The translations under genes were made by a program, and so were the position numbers. A stretch of 64,000 nt of DNA, from assembly GCA_050010755.1 (NCBI GenBank), contig JBEKKK010000003.1, positions 32,001 through 96,000 on the forward strand, read 5' to 3'. This DNA comes from Candidatus Bathyarchaeia archaeon. Its GTDB lineage: Archaea > Thermoproteota > Bathyarchaeia > Bathyarchaeales > Bathycorpusculaceae. Below the pieces are notes generated by a model. That model was not told where the DNA came from. It saw only the letters and a program-made list of their open reading frames with translations, and ran no database searches. This document shows positions 39,818-51,717 of this stretch, piece after piece. The first letter of the stretch is position 1, and the number at the start of each line of letters is the position of its first letter.

Positions 39818-42179
39818 ACATCATGTGGGCGCGAGCGCTCAGATAGTTGAAGTCGGAAGCCGTTTTTCGAGCGTGCGTCATGGCCTCGGAAAAGTCTGCC
39901 ATGGGCTCTTCGTCTTCCGTGAGCGTTTCCGATGTTAAATCGTAGTGCACTCCGTTCGTCAGAGTGGCTATCATCTTGGTCGTAAAGTGACCCGTCGCGG
40001 TAAGAGGCGTCGGCGAGACCGGCTGAGTGTTAATGACGACCGTGTAGATGTTTTCTTTCTTTATCAGTTGACAGACGGAGACGACGTCCTTGATTGCCTG
40101 ATCCTCAAACCTCAGGAAAGCCGAGTCCATCAGACCAAACTCGCGAACATCACCGTTCTGCAGGTCACGCCTGAGAGGAACGTTGGCATCGCCGTCGGTA
40201 ACGATAACCATCGCTGGGATGGTGGAAATGTCCATGCGCTTAGACTCCTTCAACACTGCCAGAGCCCTTGACATTCCGGCAGCCAAGGGTGTGTATCCGC
40301 TCAACCGCAGACTCATGAGCTTGCTGGCGACCATCTTCAAGTTTGTCGTCGGATACTGGATCACGATCGCTCCCATCTCCTTAAACGTCACGATTCCCAC
40401 CTTGTCCCTGTAGCGGTAAGCATCGTTGTGCAGCTTCAGCATGACCTCTCTTATCGTGTCAACGTTCTGGAACATCGATTCGCTCAGATCCAAAGTGAAA
40501 ATTATCGTTAAAGGAGCGCGATAAATCATCTGCTTCTCCTTAACATCCTGAGGAAGTATAGCGAGAGCCACATCATCGGATTTCTCCCTAGACCACTGGG
40601 CCTTGGCCGCGGTCCTGATGGTCGCGGGCAGATGAATGCTTCGCGGCTTGCCCCGAGGAAAATCCCACCCTTGAACTCTGCCCCGCTGAGTAGAAGTCAC
40701 CGCGACAGCTCTTTTGCCCACGTTGCTCGCTGCATGCTTGGAAACTCTTTTCTTTCTGAGCATAAAATTAAGGTTCAAAATCTTGCTGTCCCTGTACCTG
40801 TCGATGAATGGTTTGCCGCCGTCTAATTGAGGTGTGACCCACTCTGGCTTTCCAGCCAACCCCATGTTTCCGCCGCTCTTCACCGAGTCGGATTTGAAGG
40901 ATGACCTCGCAGGATTAGTCATGAGGTTTGCTTGAAGAAATTTACTAGGAGGCGAGGTTCTCAGTCTGTCGCTATTGTTGCCAACGTCTTTCTCCACGTT
41001 AGACGGTTTTTTTCTCAGGCCGAAAGGAAGCAGGGTCTTCCGTTTTTCGTCCTGTGCTTCCTCCGCGTTGGCGCCTTTCTTTTGGTTCGCGTTTCCCTCG
41101 CCAGGCTTCTCCTCTTCCTCTTTGCGCCTTTTTTCGAGGACAGCCTGAAACGCCTCTTTTATCTCTTGGTTCGTGGCCGGTTCTACGAAGCCGCCTTCGC
41201 GCGTGCGATGGCCCAGGGTGAGCTCCGCCGCCTTGAGTAAATCGTCTTGCTCGACGTCCGTTCGACCATCAAAAGCCGTGAGAGTCTTAGCGGTCTTCGT
41301 TATCACTATGTCAGGCCGCATTCCGTCTACCTTGAGCTCCAGACAAAGCTCACAGACGATATCGATGAGCTCGTCGCTTATCCTGACGTCTGCAAGCATC
41401 TTCCTAGCGCGATCTATCCTCTGCTTCATATTTTCCTGATCAGAATCGTATTTCTTGACAAACCGTTCTGGATCAGCCTCAAACTCCAAGTTTCTCTTAA
41501 CAACCTCGATGCGATCTTCCGCCAAGGGGATACGGTTAACTTCAACCGACAGCGCAAGCCTATCCAACAGCTGAGGCCTAATCTGGCCCTCCTCAGGATT
41601 CATCGTTCCAATCAGGATAAAACGGGAAGGATGCTTCACAGATATTCCCTCACGCTCCACGATGTTCCAGCCCGTAGCCGCGGCATCCAGCAAATCATCC
41701 GCTATGTGATCAGGCAACAGGTTGATTTCATCAACGTACAAAATGTTCTGGTTCGCCTCCGCCAAAATCCCGTGTTCAAGAGCCTCGACACCCATCTTTA
41801 TGGCCTTTTCCACGTCAAGGCTTCCTACAACATTGTCCTCCGTCGCACCCAAAGGAAGCTCAACAACCCGCATCCTGCTCTCTTCAACCTCAACCTTCCC
41901 ATCTTGAGCCATCTTGCTCCTGCAAACGTCACACATGTTTGAAACATCATCGGGACTGCAGTTAAACTGACAACCCTTCACCTTTCTAATATTCGAAAGA
42001 ATGTGTGGCAAAGACCGAACAGCCGTCGTCTTGCCCGAACCCTTCGAACCTCGAATGAGCAACCCACCGATTCTCGGGTTGATAACGTTCAGAATCAAGC
42101 CCAGCTTCAAATCATCCATGTCAACTATCGCAGTGAAAGGATAACTCAACCTGTCCTGCATGTCCACCAAACTAAACAT
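39789..42179 (-). CDS. Mg/Co-chelatase ChlI-like AAA+ fused to vWA domain (ChlD-like), paralog 1
   Basis: [46 protein letters not shown]; MIDAS DLSESM, TPLAAG, TDG.AN. Confidence 0.9.
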   Translation of the reverse strand: MFSLVDMQDRLSYPFTAIVDMDDLKLGLILNVINPRIGGLLIRGSKGSGKTTAVRSLPHILSNIRKVKGCQFNCSPDDVSNMCDVCRSKMAQDGKVEVEESRMRVVELPLGATEDNVVGSLDVEKAIKMGVEALEHGILAEANQNILYVDEINLLPDHIADDLLDAAATGWNIVEREGISVKHPSRFILIGTMNPEEGQIRPQLLDRLALSVEVNRIPLAEDRIEVVKRNLEFEADPERFVKKYDSDQENMKQRIDRARKMLADVRISDELIDIVCELCLELKVDGMRPDIVITKTAKTLTAFDGRTDVEQDDLLKAAELTLGHRTREGGFVEPATNQEIKEAFQAVLEKRRKEEEEKPGEGNANQKKGANAEEAQDEKRKTLLPFGLRKKPSNVEKDVGNNSDRLRTSPPSKFLQANLMTNPARSSFKSDSVKSGGNMGLAGKPEWVTPQLDGGKPFIDRYRDSKILNLNFMLRKKRVSKHAASNVGKRAVAVTSTQRGRVQGWDFPRGKPRSIHLPATIRTAAKAQWSREKSDDVALAILPQDVKEKQMIYRAPLTIIFTLDLSESMFQNVDTIREVMLKLHNDAYRYRDKVGIVTFKEMGAIVIQYPTTNLKMVASKLMSLRLSGYTPLAAGMSRALAVLKESKRMDISTIPAMVIVTDGDANVPLRRDLQNGDVREFGLMDSAFLRFEDQAIKDVVSVCQLIKKENIYTVVINTQPVSPTPLTATGHFTTKMIATLTNGVHYDLTSETLTEDEEPMADFSEAMTHARKTASDFNYLSARAHMMFEASKMGGH

Positions 42180-42367
42180 AAAACGATGCGCCTTATGAAC
42201 TTGCCGAAGCCGCCCTCAACAAGGAAGGAACAAACACATTTTCAGAAACGCCTTGACCCCAAACAAAGAGACTTACAATGCAACATTACAAAGCAACGTT
42301 ACATCTGATGTAAAGAAAAAAAAGGGAGGGGCCGACGTCTCACAGGTCACAGCTTGTTCTCAAACTT

Positions 42368-44665
42368 TCAATGCCTAGAGGACGTTTCTTGACCTATGAA
42401 GCGTTCATCCTGTGTTATTGCCTCATATATTTCGTCGACTAGTTGCGCCCGCTCAGTTATCCAACCGACCTCGTGAACGGTGCCCCCTGTGATTTCTGCT
42501 ATCGATTCGGTCAGCAGGACGCCTGCGTATTGCCAGTCCACCGTGACCGGGTTCGTGTTAACCACGACCGTGTGAATCCCATCTCTTCTGGCAATCTCTG
42601 ACACAGAAAGCACATCGTTCACAGCCATGTCCTCATACTTGAAAAACGAAGCGTCCAACGGGTCAAACGTCCGCACCTCACCGGTCTGCAAACTCTTCAA
42701 CAACGGGATGTTAGCGTTTCCATCCGTCACGATGACCATCACCGGAATCGTCGACCTGTCCCTGCGCTGCTCCTCCTTCAGAACCTCAACGGCCTTGAGC
42801 ATTCCCGCAGCCAGCGGAGTGAAGCCGCTCACACGCAGCCTCAGAAGCTTGTTTGCCACGACACGAAGGTTAGTTATCGGATGCTGAGCGACAACAGCCG
42901 TCATCCCCTTCATCGCCACCACGCCCACCTTGTCCCGGTGACGATAAGCGTCCCCGTGCAGCTTCAGAACAGCCTCCTTCACGCTCCTGATATTATCCAT
43001 CATAGACTTACTCAAATCAATGACCAAAACGATGGTCATAGGCGCCTTGTAAATCCTAGACTTCTCCCGAATGTCCATAGAAGTTATCCGAAGCGCGGTG
43101 TCCGCGGGCTTCTCCCTGAAACCCTGGTTCAGAGCAGCAGCCCTGATAGTCGCTGGAAAATGAATGTCCCTAGGCTTTCCCTTCGGAAACCTCCAGCCGC
43201 TGGGCCTCCCCCTGTGAAGTGCGGTCACCGTTTCAGCTCGCTTTCCCGCGTTGACAGTCATGCTTCGCGCCGAACCCTTAGCCCGAAAGTTAAGGGCGAA
43301 AGGGGCGCGGAGCCTCCCCTCCATCCTAGTCAGAAGCGGTTCACCCTCCGTCAACGACGAATCTCTCTTAACCGGACTGAAATCATCGCGAACGGCCCTC
43401 GCCTCGTCCGGCAAATCCCAGTCCTTCTTGGTAACAGAGGGTTTTCCGCTACCGGTCTCGTCCAAAGTGTAGAGTATGTTCCTGAAACGCTTCGGAACAT
43501 AGTTGCTCTTCTTTTTTTCCGGATCCTCGTCCTTCTTCTCGTTTGTCTTGAACGGCCAAATGTAGCCCTTGAACTTCTTGGCCTTCTTGTCTGAAGGTTC
43601 GAGCTGCGGACCCGGCTTCGCCTCCGCCTGCGACTCCAGAGCCTTGGACGAAAAAGTCTGTCTGATTTCATCCAGCGTAGCAGCTTCCAAGAAACCTCCC
43701 TCTCTGGTTCTGTGACTCAGGGCCAGCTCCGCCGCGACGAGAACATGATCCAGTGTGACAGCCGTCTTGTCTTCGAAGGCCGCAATCGTACAGGCGGCTT
43801 TGCTTATGACGATGTCTGGTCTCATCCCGTCCACTTTCAGTTCCACGCAGGCCTTACAGATGGCCTCGAGAAGTTTCGGCGGCATCTCGACGTTGGGAAG
43901 AACCTCTCTCGCGTGAACTATCTTACTTCTGAGCTCCTCTTGAGCCCTCCTGAATTCTTCATGAAACGCCGCAGGATCCTTTTCAAAACGGACGTTTCGA
44001 TTAACAATCTCCATCCTGTCCGTAAAAGACGTGACCCGTTCAACACCGACAGACAGCGGAAAACGATCCAAGAGTTGTGGACGAAGTTCACCCTCCTCCG
44101 GGTTCATAGTTCCAACAAACACAAATCGCGAAGGATGACTCACCGAGATGCCCTCCCTCTCAACAACGTTCCAGCCCGTCGCCGCAGCATCCAGAAGATC
44201 ATCCGCTATGTGATCGGGCAGGAGATTGACCTCGTCAACATAAAGAATGTTCTGATTCGCCTCGGCGAGCACACCCGGTTCGAGGGCCTCAACGCCAAGC
44301 TTGATGGCCTTTTCAACGTCCAAACTGCCCACGACCCTGTCCTCAGTCGCGCCGAGAGGAAGATCGATTACCCTCATCTCCTTCTCTTCAACAGGCAGCT
44401 TCTCACCATTTCGGTAGCGTTCGCCGTGCAGAGGGCACATGTTAGACGGATCATCAGGATTACAGTTGAATTGACAGTCCTTCACCGTTCTTATGTTCGG
44501 CAAAACGTCAGCCAAGGCCCTAACCACGGTTGTCTTGCCAGAGCCCTTAGGCCCTTGAATGAGCAGCCCACCCACCTTTGGGTTCACTGCGTTGATGACA
44601 ATCCCAAGCTTCAACTTATCCATGCCAACTATAGCCGAAAACGGAAACACCACTCTTTTCTGCAC
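42368..44665 (-). CDS. Mg/Co-chelatase ChlI-like AAA+ fused to vWA domain (ChlD-like), paralog 2
   Basis: [39 protein letters not shown]; MIDAS DLSKSM, TPLAAG, TDGNAN. Confidence 0.9.
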   Translation of the reverse strand: MQKRVVFPFSAIVGMDKLKLGIVINAVNPKVGGLLIQGPKGSGKTTVVRALADVLPNIRTVKDCQFNCNPDDPSNMCPLHGERYRNGEKLPVEEKEMRVIDLPLGATEDRVVGSLDVEKAIKLGVEALEPGVLAEANQNILYVDEVNLLPDHIADDLLDAAATGWNVVEREGISVSHPSRFVFVGTMNPEEGELRPQLLDRFPLSVGVERVTSFTDRMEIVNRNVRFEKDPAAFHEEFRRAQEELRSKIVHAREVLPNVEMPPKLLEAICKACVELKVDGMRPDIVISKAACTIAAFEDKTAVTLDHVLVAAELALSHRTREGGFLEAATLDEIRQTFSSKALESQAEAKPGPQLEPSDKKAKKFKGYIWPFKTNEKKDEDPEKKKSNYVPKRFRNILYTLDETGSGKPSVTKKDWDLPDEARAVRDDFSPVKRDSSLTEGEPLLTRMEGRLRAPFALNFRAKGSARSMTVNAGKRAETVTALHRGRPSGWRFPKGKPRDIHFPATIRAAALNQGFREKPADTALRITSMDIREKSRIYKAPMTIVLVIDLSKSMMDNIRSVKEAVLKLHGDAYRHRDKVGVVAMKGMTAVVAQHPITNLRVVANKLLRLRVSGFTPLAAGMLKAVEVLKEEQRRDRSTIPVMVIVTDGNANIPLLKSLQTGEVRTFDPLDASFFKYEDMAVNDVLSVSEIARRDGIHTVVVNTNPVTVDWQYAGVLLTESIAEITGGTVHEVGWITERAQLVDEIYEAITQDERFIGQETSSRH

Positions 44666-44767
44666 GAACTCAACCCCGAACGCAAACGCAACGAAGCACT
44701 CTATATAACCTACTGAAACATGAATATAAGAGCGTGACGCTAACTCTCTTCTCCGCTGGAGACAGCT

Positions 44768-46465
44768 TTGAAAACTGAAAAAATCCTCGTAACCTCAGCC
44801 TGGCCCTACGTGAACTATCTTCCCCACTTGGGCACCGTTATGCAGTGTTTGGCTGCCGATGTTGTCGCAAGATATTACAGGCTGAAAGGAGCAGACGTGC
44901 TGATGGTGAGCGGATCGGACGAGCATGGAACTCCAACTGAAGTTGAAGCCGTGAGACTGGGCATATCACCAAAACAGTTGACCGACGAGAACCACGCAAA
45001 GATTGTCGAATTGTTCGGCAAGTGGGGTCTGTCGTTTGACAATTACACTCGCACCGAAAACCCAGTGCATAAAGAGTTCGTGCAGCAGCACTTGATGAAA
45101 ATTTACAACAGGGGTTACATTTTCACTCACGAAGCAGAAATGCTCTATTGCGAAAACTGTGACCGCTACCTTCCGGACAGGTACGTTGAAGGAAAGTGTC
45201 CCTACTGCGGCCATGAAGGCGCGCGCGGAGACCAGTGTGAAGCCTGCGGACGGCTGCTCGAGACAACTCTCTTAATCGAACCTTATTGTGCAATCTGCAA
45301 GAGCAAACCCGTCAGAAGACAGACCACTCACTGGTACTTTGACCTCCCAAAATTTTCAAATGAGATCAGCAAGTACCTCAACGATAACAAACGCTTGCCA
45401 GACAACGCCAGAAACTTCAGCCTGAACATCGTGAAAGAAGGATTGAAACCCAGGGCGGTAACCAGAGACGTCAGTTGGGGCATTCCAGCGCCTTTTCCTG
45501 GAGCCGAAAACAAGAGCATTTATGTCTGGGTTGAAGCCGTTTTAGGGTACGTCTCGGCGACGATTGAGTACTTCAAGAACAGCAACGAAACAGAAAAATG
45601 GAAAGAATACTGGTTTGAAAAGAAATCCAAGACGTTTTACTTCATCGGGAAAGACAATACAATATTCCACACAGTAATCCTGCCAGCTTTGCTCCTAGCA
45701 TCGGGTGAAGATTACAACCTCCCCTGGAACGTTTCCACGACGGAGTTTCTCCAGTTCAAGGGCGAAAAGCTCTCCAAGAGCCACAGAATCGGCATATGGA
45801 GCGACGAGGCGCTGGAGCTTTTCCCAGCTGATTACTGGCGCTTCTACCTCATGGCAACGAGGCCGGAGGCCAAGGACTCGAACTTTTCATGGGAGCTGTT
45901 CATCGAAAAAGTCAACGGAGATCTGAACGACACCTTCGGCAATTTCGTGCACAGAACACTCACGTTCATCAGCACGCAGTTCAACGGAGAAATTCCCAAA
46001 CTCGAAACGCCCGATGAAGATGCTGAACAGGCTCTAGGCGCTCTGAAGAAAAGAGTGCAGACAGTGGCCGACGAGATTGAGAATTGCAGACTGCAGTCTG
46101 CCGCGAACATCGTTATGAGCATAAGCCGCAGCGGAAATCAGTACCTGAATGAGAAGGAACCGTGGAAGCTAATGAAGGAGAACCGAAACAAGGCAGCGAA
46201 CATATTCAACGCGGCGGCACAGATTGTCAAAGCGCTGGCAATAGTTTCGGCTCCGTTCATCCCGTCCTCTGCTGAGGAAATCTGGAAAACCCTCAACCTG
46301 CCAGGAACCGTCCACGAGCAGAATTGGGACGAAGCCTTAAAGCCCTTGCCTCCTGGTCACAGAATACTCAAGCCTAAGCCTCTGTTCAAGAAGATAGATG
46401 TTGACGAAGCGGAGCTCGCAAAGAGGTTGGAGAAGATCAGAGCGGACCTCACGAGGGCTGCTTGA
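44768..46465 (+). CDS. metG: methionyl-tRNA synthetase
   Basis: [21 protein letters not shown], Zn knuckles, FIGKDN, KLSKS. Confidence 0.96.
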   Translation: MKTEKILVTSAWPYVNYLPHLGTVMQCLAADVVARYYRLKGADVLMVSGSDEHGTPTEVEAVRLGISPKQLTDENHAKIVELFGKWGLSFDNYTRTENPVHKEFVQQHLMKIYNRGYIFTHEAEMLYCENCDRYLPDRYVEGKCPYCGHEGARGDQCEACGRLLETTLLIEPYCAICKSKPVRRQTTHWYFDLPKFSNEISKYLNDNKRLPDNARNFSLNIVKEGLKPRAVTRDVSWGIPAPFPGAENKSIYVWVEAVLGYVSATIEYFKNSNETEKWKEYWFEKKSKTFYFIGKDNTIFHTVILPALLLASGEDYNLPWNVSTTEFLQFKGEKLSKSHRIGIWSDEALELFPADYWRFYLMATRPEAKDSNFSWELFIEKVNGDLNDTFGNFVHRTLTFISTQFNGEIPKLETPDEDAEQALGALKKRVQTVADEIENCRLQSAANIVMSISRSGNQYLNEKEPWKLMKENRNKAANIFNAAAQIVKALAIVSAPFIPSSAEEIWKTLNLPGTVHEQNWDEALKPLPPGHRILKPKPLFKKIDVDEAELAKRLEKIRADLTRAA

Positions 46466-46486
46466 TGCAGTTTTGGGCGTGAACCT

Positions 46487-47128
46487 TTGCAGTTAAAGAT
46501 TGACATGCACGTACACTCTTGCTATTCGACGGACTCGGTAATCACGCCAGAAGAGCTTGTCTTCTACGCCAAGAAACGCGGTTTAGACGGAGTCGCAGTG
46601 ACAGATCATGACAACCTAGAAGGGCCGTTAAAAATAGCCGCCGAAACTGACTTCCTGATCATCCCAGGAATTGAGGTTTGCAGTTCAGACGGCCACGTGC
46701 TCGGACTCAATGTCAAGGAACCAATATCCGCGGGGTTGAGTGCAACTGAGACTGTAAACCGGATTCATGACGCCGGCGGCATTGCAGTGGCTTGCCACCC
46801 AGTCGGCTTTTTCAAAGGAGGCTTGGGGAAACGCACCAACTCGAGCTTCGATGCTGTTGAGGTGATAAATTCTTCAGCAGTTCCCTTCCGTTATTCCGTG
46901 ACCCAAAGCGCAAAAATCGCCTCCCGTCTGGGAAAGCCACGATTGGCTGGGAGCGACGCCCACTACGGTCCCGAAATCGGATGCGCCTATACAGTCGTAG
47001 ACGCCGAGCCTAACGTGAGTGACGTGATAAATGCGATATGCAGGGGTTTTTGTCAACCTTTCGGCAGTGCAATACCTTGGACAGTTAGGTTGAAAAGAAT
47101 GGTCGAAGCCAATAGAAGAAAGCCTTAG
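46487..47128 (+). CDS. PHP-domain metal-dependent phosphoesterase
   Basis: DMHVHS, TDHD, GIE, H, ACHP, GSDAH. Confidence 0.92.
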   Translation: MQLKIDMHVHSCYSTDSVITPEELVFYAKKRGLDGVAVTDHDNLEGPLKIAAETDFLIIPGIEVCSSDGHVLGLNVKEPISAGLSATETVNRIHDAGGIAVACHPVGFFKGGLGKRTNSSFDAVEVINSSAVPFRYSVTQSAKIASRLGKPRLAGSDAHYGPEIGCAYTVVDAEPNVSDVINAICRGFCQPFGSAIPWTVRLKRMVEANRRKP

Positions 47129-47148
47129 ATGTTCCGGTTGAGAGGCTG

Positions 47149-48264
47149 TTAACATTTTTCCATTTGGTAAAGGCCCAGATCTAGATTGGATGGTTTTTCG
47201 GGTTCTGCGTAGGGTTCAAGGTTGAAGAGATGAGGCGCTATTGTACGAAAGCCGCTTAACATATGTGGAGAATTCAGGCCAGTCATGACCAGCGTTACCT
47301 TTAGCTTGCCGTTCTGTTCTGGATTGACTCTTGCCCCCCAGATCACCATGGCGCTGCAGTCCATCATCTCGGTCACTATTTCACCAACGCGGTTTGCCTC
47401 TTCGATTGTCATTTGATCGTCACCGGTGACGTGGACAAGAGCTCCCGTGGCTCCTGCGTAGTCTACATCTGACAGCGGCGTTCTCAAGGCGTTGCGCACT
47501 GCCTCTTCGGCCCTGTTCGGGGCATCAGATTCGCCGACTCCGACGACGGCCACTCCTCCGCGGCTGACTATGGTCTTGAAGTCCGCAAAATCCAGGTTAA
47601 TCAAGCTTGGAGTTGAAATCGTTTCAACGATACCCTTGATCATGTTCGCCAAAACTTGGTCTGCGACCATGAACGCTTCGCTAATCGGTAGCTGGGGCAC
47701 TAGATGCATCAACTTGTTGTTGTCGATAACCACGACTGTATCGCACTTTCTTCGCATCTCGCTCAGAGCCGCTGCCGCGCATTCCTTTCTGCCTTTCTCG
47801 ATTCGAAACGGTGTTGTCACGACGCCGACGGTGATTGCTCCCTTTCGCCTGGCCATGTCAGCGATGACCGGAGCCGCACCCGTCCCTGTTCCGCCGCCCA
47901 GACCGGCTGTTATGAACGCTATGTCGATGTGTGAGAGCAAGCCTTCGACGGTTTCCTTGGACTCCTCGATTGCAGCCTTGCCGAGCTTCGGGTCGCCGCC
48001 CACTCCTAGTCCCTTGGTGAGTCTCTCGCCTATCAACACCTTTTGGTTTGCCTTCGAAACGTTCAGGTGAAGAGCGTCAGTGTTTATTGCGATGGTCTCT
48101 GCACACGCTATGCCAGCCTCCATCAGGCGTGTCACGGTGTTGTTTCCCGCACCCCCGACACCGATGACCACGATTCGGCAGCAACTAGGTTGTCTGATTC
48201 CTTCGTTTCCTGTGAAATGCCAGCTGTATTCGAGACCGTTTTCACCCGCGTGCACTTTAGCCAA
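47149..48264 (-). CDS. ftsZ: cell division protein FtsZ (FtsZ2-type context)
   Basis: GVGGAGNN, INTD, GLGGGTGTG, INLDFAD, IWGAR; TTG start after GGAGGAGG. Confidence 0.95.
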   Translation of the reverse strand: MAKVHAGENGLEYSWHFTGNEGIRQPSCCRIVVIGVGGAGNNTVTRLMEAGIACAETIAINTDALHLNVSKANQKVLIGERLTKGLGVGGDPKLGKAAIEESKETVEGLLSHIDIAFITAGLGGGTGTGAAPVIADMARRKGAITVGVVTTPFRIEKGRKECAAAALSEMRRKCDTVVVIDNNKLMHLVPQLPISEAFMVADQVLANMIKGIVETISTPSLINLDFADFKTIVSRGGVAVVGVGESDAPNRAEEAVRNALRTPLSDVDYAGATGALVHVTGDDQMTIEEANRVGEIVTEMMDCSAMVIWGARVNPEQNGKLKVTLVMTGLNSPHMLSGFRTIAPHLFNLEPYAEPEKPSNLDLGLYQMEKC

Positions 48265-48412
48265 CTTGGTTCCTCCTCCAAAGCTCATCGTTGACCAAGT
48301 CACGGATGGCTACCCGAATGGCCTCCGCCCTGTTTGGGTAAAACCTTTCATCTACTAGCTGATCTAACGCCCTGAGGTATGTCTCAGGCACGTAGAGAGT
48401 TATCAGTTTCAA
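48257..48412 (-). CDS. cdrS: ribbon-helix-helix regulator, CdrS-like
   Basis: KLITLYVPETYLRALDQLV...YPNRAEAIRVAIRDL, directly upstream of and overlapping ftsZ. Confidence 0.8.
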   Translation of the reverse strand: MKLITLYVPETYLRALDQLVDERFYPNRAEAIRVAIRDLVNDELWRRNQVG

Positions 48413-48616
48413 CTCATCTCCCTCCGAGGCAAAGCTGAAGAAGCTATGTTCCAACTTATGCGTCTGTATAATATGACATAAATATGTGGCAAATATGTAA
48501 AGCCCTCGCCTTTTAAAGCTTGCACAATCTCCAGTTCAGATTCTTGTAAATTCCTCCAGAGCCTGACCTTTATCTTTTTATTTCTTGTATGTGCAATTAA
48601 CGTATTGTGATGAGAC

Positions 48617-49906
48617 ACGCAACGGGTTCTCGTAAAGAGTTTCGGTTGCTCAACAAACATGTCTGACGGCGCAGTGCTTCAAGGTTGCTTAGCACGAGCA
48701 GGATACGAGCTAGCAGATTCAATTGCGTCCGCGGACGTGGTTATTTTGAACACTTGTGCAGTTAAAGGCCCCACTGAGAATCGAATGATCGAAATTTCGA
48801 AGCGAGTTCCCAGAGTAAAAAAACTGATAATCACCGGGTGCCTGCCCCTGGTCAATTATGAGAGGCTTCAAAAAGAGGTGCCGTTCAACGGGATTGTGGG
48901 TCCAGCCGCAGGTGAAAAAATCGTCCAAATCGTGAAGCGTGTTTCAAACGGAGAAACGGTCATTGCCCTTCAAAAGGCCGCCGATGATTTACCCTCTCTC
49001 AGTCTTCCCCGAGTGCAATCAAATCCTGTGACAAGCATTGTTCCCATAAATTACGGCTGCTTAGGCTCGTGCGCCTATTGCTGTGTCGTTTTTGCCAGAG
49101 GCCCTCTGAGAAGCTACGAAGTCCAAGACATCGTGAAAAGAGTTAAAGAGGACCTAGACTCAGGGCTACGGGAGTTCTGGATCACCTCACAGGACACCGC
49201 ATGCTATGGCAGGGACAACGGGACGAACCTGGCCAATCTGCTTCGAGCCTTATGCGGCATTAAAGAAGATTTCAGGGTTCGCGTAGGCATGATGACTCCA
49301 AACAATGTCCTAGACATGCTAGATGAGCTGGTCCAAGCGTTTCATGACGACAGAATTTTCAAGTTCATTCACCTGCCTGTGCAAAGCGGCGACGACGAAG
49401 TTCTGAAGCGTATGCGACGATTCTACCGTGTTGAAGACTTTAAAAGGGCGGTAGAGGCCTTCAGAAGAAGCTTTCCAGATATAACCTTGGCAACGGATGT
49501 GATTTGCGGTTTTCCAGGCGAAACCCAGGAGGATTTCGGCAGGACTCTGGAGTTGATTGAAGAGGTTAAACCTGACGTGGTGAATGTCTCCAAGTTCTTT
49601 GCAAGACCGAAAACTGCTGCTGCTGCGATGAAGGATTCGGTTCCGTTGTCAGAAATCAAGGCTAGAAGCGTCATGGCAAGCGCGTTGGCAAAGAAGCTCT
49701 CGTTTGAGAAAAATCAACGCTGGATAGGCTGGACTGGTAAAGTGCTTGTGGACGAGGTTGGCAAGGTCCCAGGTTCTTGGGTTGGTCGAAACCTCGCTTA
49801 CAAACCAGTCGCGGTTAAGAGCACTTCCAAACTCGCCGGCAAGTTCATACATACAAGAATCACCGAAGCATTTCCGACATATCTCAAAGGCGCCATCGTT
49901 CAATAA
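48617..49906 (+). CDS. mtaB: tRNA t6A37 methylthiotransferase (radical SAM, TRAM)
   Basis: SFGC..N, NTCAV, TGCL, GCLGSCAYC, HLPVQSG, GFPGET, C-terminal TRAM; N-terminus lies upstream of ATG 48659. Confidence 0.9.
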   Translation, partial: TQRVLVKSFGCSTNMSDGAVLQGCLARAGYELADSIASADVVILNTCAVKGPTENRMIEISKRVPRVKKLIITGCLPLVNYERLQKEVPFNGIVGPAAGEKIVQIVKRVSNGETVIALQKAADDLPSLSLPRVQSNPVTSIVPINYGCLGSCAYCCVVFARGPLRSYEVQDIVKRVKEDLDSGLREFWITSQDTACYGRDNGTNLANLLRALCGIKEDFRVRVGMMTPNNVLDMLDELVQAFHDDRIFKFIHLPVQSGDDEVLKRMRRFYRVEDFKRAVEAFRRSFPDITLATDVICGFPGETQEDFGRTLELIEEVKPDVVNVSKFFARPKTAAAAMKDSVPLSEIKARSVMASALAKKLSFEKNQRWIGWTGKVLVDEVGKVPGSWVGRNLAYKPVAVKSTSKLAGKFIHTRITEAFPTYLKGAIVQ

Positions 49907-49943
49907 GTTATTTATGACAAAATGCTCATAGCACTCCTAGAGG

Positions 49944-50213
49944 TTGAAGGGTTTGAGCGACGAAGAACTTGTGGAAGTTGGGCGAATAACTCATTATTTT
50001 TCGAAAATCGACGTGGCGGTGATTGAGCTCAAAGCCGCACTGAGCGTGGGCGACACAATAGCGGTCAAGGGTCCAACGACGGATTTTGAACAGAACGTTG
50101 ATTCTATGCAGATTGAGCATAAGAACGTTCAGAGGGCCGAAGCGGGACAAAGTATTGGCATGAAAGTGATGCAACGCGTCAGAGAAACAGATGTTGTATA
50201 CAAGAAAAAATAA
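49944..50213 (+). CDS. translation elongation factor domain-II-like small protein
   Basis: VGRITHYFSKIDVAV...LSVGD...SMQIEH...AEAGQSIG. Confidence 0.82.
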   Translation: MKGLSDEELVEVGRITHYFSKIDVAVIELKAALSVGDTIAVKGPTTDFEQNVDSMQIEHKNVQRAEAGQSIGMKVMQRVRETDVVYKKK

Positions 50214-50331
50214 CCTCCTTTCCTTTTTCCCATTTTGTGTGAAAAAGCCCAGGAACATGTGTCCGCATGAACCATTTCCACTGCAATGCGTGACTGCAAA
50301 CATTTTCTGAAGCAAGAGGCCGAGCATTTTC

Positions 50332-50658
50332 TTATTGTACGAACCTGAGTATGTAGTCGTTTACGGTTTGAAGAAACGAGTCTTCCAGTTCTATGCCGTA
50401 GTGTTCTGCTAAGACAAAGATTATGTAGAGCAGATCTGAGAGTTCCGTGGCCAGCGCCTCCTTTGTTTTTGTTTTCTCAGGCGGCTTGTATCCCTCTAGC
50501 CCCTTGATCTCTGCAGCGACTTCTCCCGCCTCTTCCAGTAAGTCAGTGACCATGACGAAGGGTGTCCATGTCTTGCCGCGTTCTGGGTCAAGCTTTTCAT
50601 TGATTTTCTTGAAATTTTTCCAACAGAGATGTTGGGCATCGCGTAAAGTCACAGACAT
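50332..50658 (-). CDS. MazG-like nucleotide pyrophosphohydrolase
   Basis: LLEEAGEVA...ELSDLL...LAEHYGIEL. Confidence 0.88.
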   Translation of the reverse strand: MSVTLRDAQHLCWKNFKKINEKLDPERGKTWTPFVMVTDLLEEAGEVAAEIKGLEGYKPPEKTKTKEALATELSDLLYIIFVLAEHYGIELEDSFLQTVNDYILRFVQ

Positions 50659-50849
50659 GATGGTCAGCCCAAGCCGATTTGTGAAGCTCGCCTAATAATG
50701 CTTTTCTTAGCCCCACTTTTCAAAGGAATTATTTGCAGTTGATTGTATAGCGCGCGCCATGTGCAGCATCAGCTACAAGTCCTCGCGTCTAATTAAGCGC
50801 CCATACTAAACTCTATATCGCTGTACGCGTGCGTATAAGGAAATGAAGA

Positions 50850-51638
50850 GTGAAATTAATGCCAGTGAGCAAGTCAGAACTTGTTACGAAACAGGGCTTT
50901 CAAGAGGCGAGAGACGCGGTTCTTAAGGCATTGGCAAGTAAGGGCTACCGGATAGAGCAGGATCTGCAAAACCAGATAGTCGCTAAACATCCACTTTCCG
51001 CTACTTATTACCCGCACGCCGTCGAAGTGTACATCAATGCTGAACCCGGCAAGACTACGATTCAAGCATCCATAGACCATCGCAGAAGCCAAGCCTACAC
51101 TGAAGAGTTAAGAGAAGAGATTGCCAAAAACCTGCAACCTCTACCACGAGTGGTTTTCACTTCTACGCAGCCTCCTACAAGCCAAGAACAACTCAACCGC
51201 CAAGCGGCGTTAGTTAATCCAAACTTCAACCGCGATGAACAGGTACTCTGGTCTCACAGAGTTACAAAGGGAGTATTCCACAAAGAAATCGTGGAGGAAT
51301 GGATAATCACTGGGCTGAGAGCCATTAAAAAGTACCCCGTAACAAAAGAGAACCCTCAGGAAAGATTCATATCCATCAGCTTGTCAGACGCTGACGTCGT
51401 GGTTATGAGGCAGCATCGTGAAACGAATGGACACCGCGTGGGCACTTTTGCAGGAACCACAGGAGGCGGCTTCTTCACGGGAACCACCACGGGCGTAACT
51501 CACAGCACGGGCATAACATACGGAGATCTCGTATTCCTGCAAGACAAAAAAGAAATAATCCGCTTCAGCGGCATAAGCGACCCACAAGACATCAACCGCA
51601 TGATACAAACAATCAAAAAAGAAAAAACGAGCGTGTAG
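50850..51638 (+). CDS. hypothetical protein with C-terminal PH-like domain
   Basis: DEQVLW...WIITGLRAI...YGDLVF...FSGISDP pattern typical of prokaryotic PH-like domains. Confidence 0.6.
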   Translation: MKLMPVSKSELVTKQGFQEARDAVLKALASKGYRIEQDLQNQIVAKHPLSATYYPHAVEVYINAEPGKTTIQASIDHRRSQAYTEELREEIAKNLQPLPRVVFTSTQPPTSQEQLNRQAALVNPNFNRDEQVLWSHRVTKGVFHKEIVEEWIITGLRAIKKYPVTKENPQERFISISLSDADVVVMRQHRETNGHRVGTFAGTTGGGFFTGTTTGVTHSTGITYGDLVFLQDKKEIIRFSGISDPQDINRMIQTIKKEKTSV

Positions 51639-51717
51639 ACGAAGGGAATGTGGGCGTCTTTTTTGCCGTTCAAGCACGAAGGATGTTGCGCTCTCTGATC
51701 TAATGGATGCAATGAAA

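Noticed and set aside
43712-44716. Long plus-strand ORFs (334, 237, 231 aa) over the chelatase-like genes
   Set aside because: Antisense shadows of well-supported genes; their mutual similarity only reflects the paralogy.
45219-45230. GCGCGCGC inside metG (also GCGCGC in ileS)
   Set aside because: Explained by Gly-Ala-Arg-type codons and lacks the TAG/CTA flanks, so not counted as palindrome copies.
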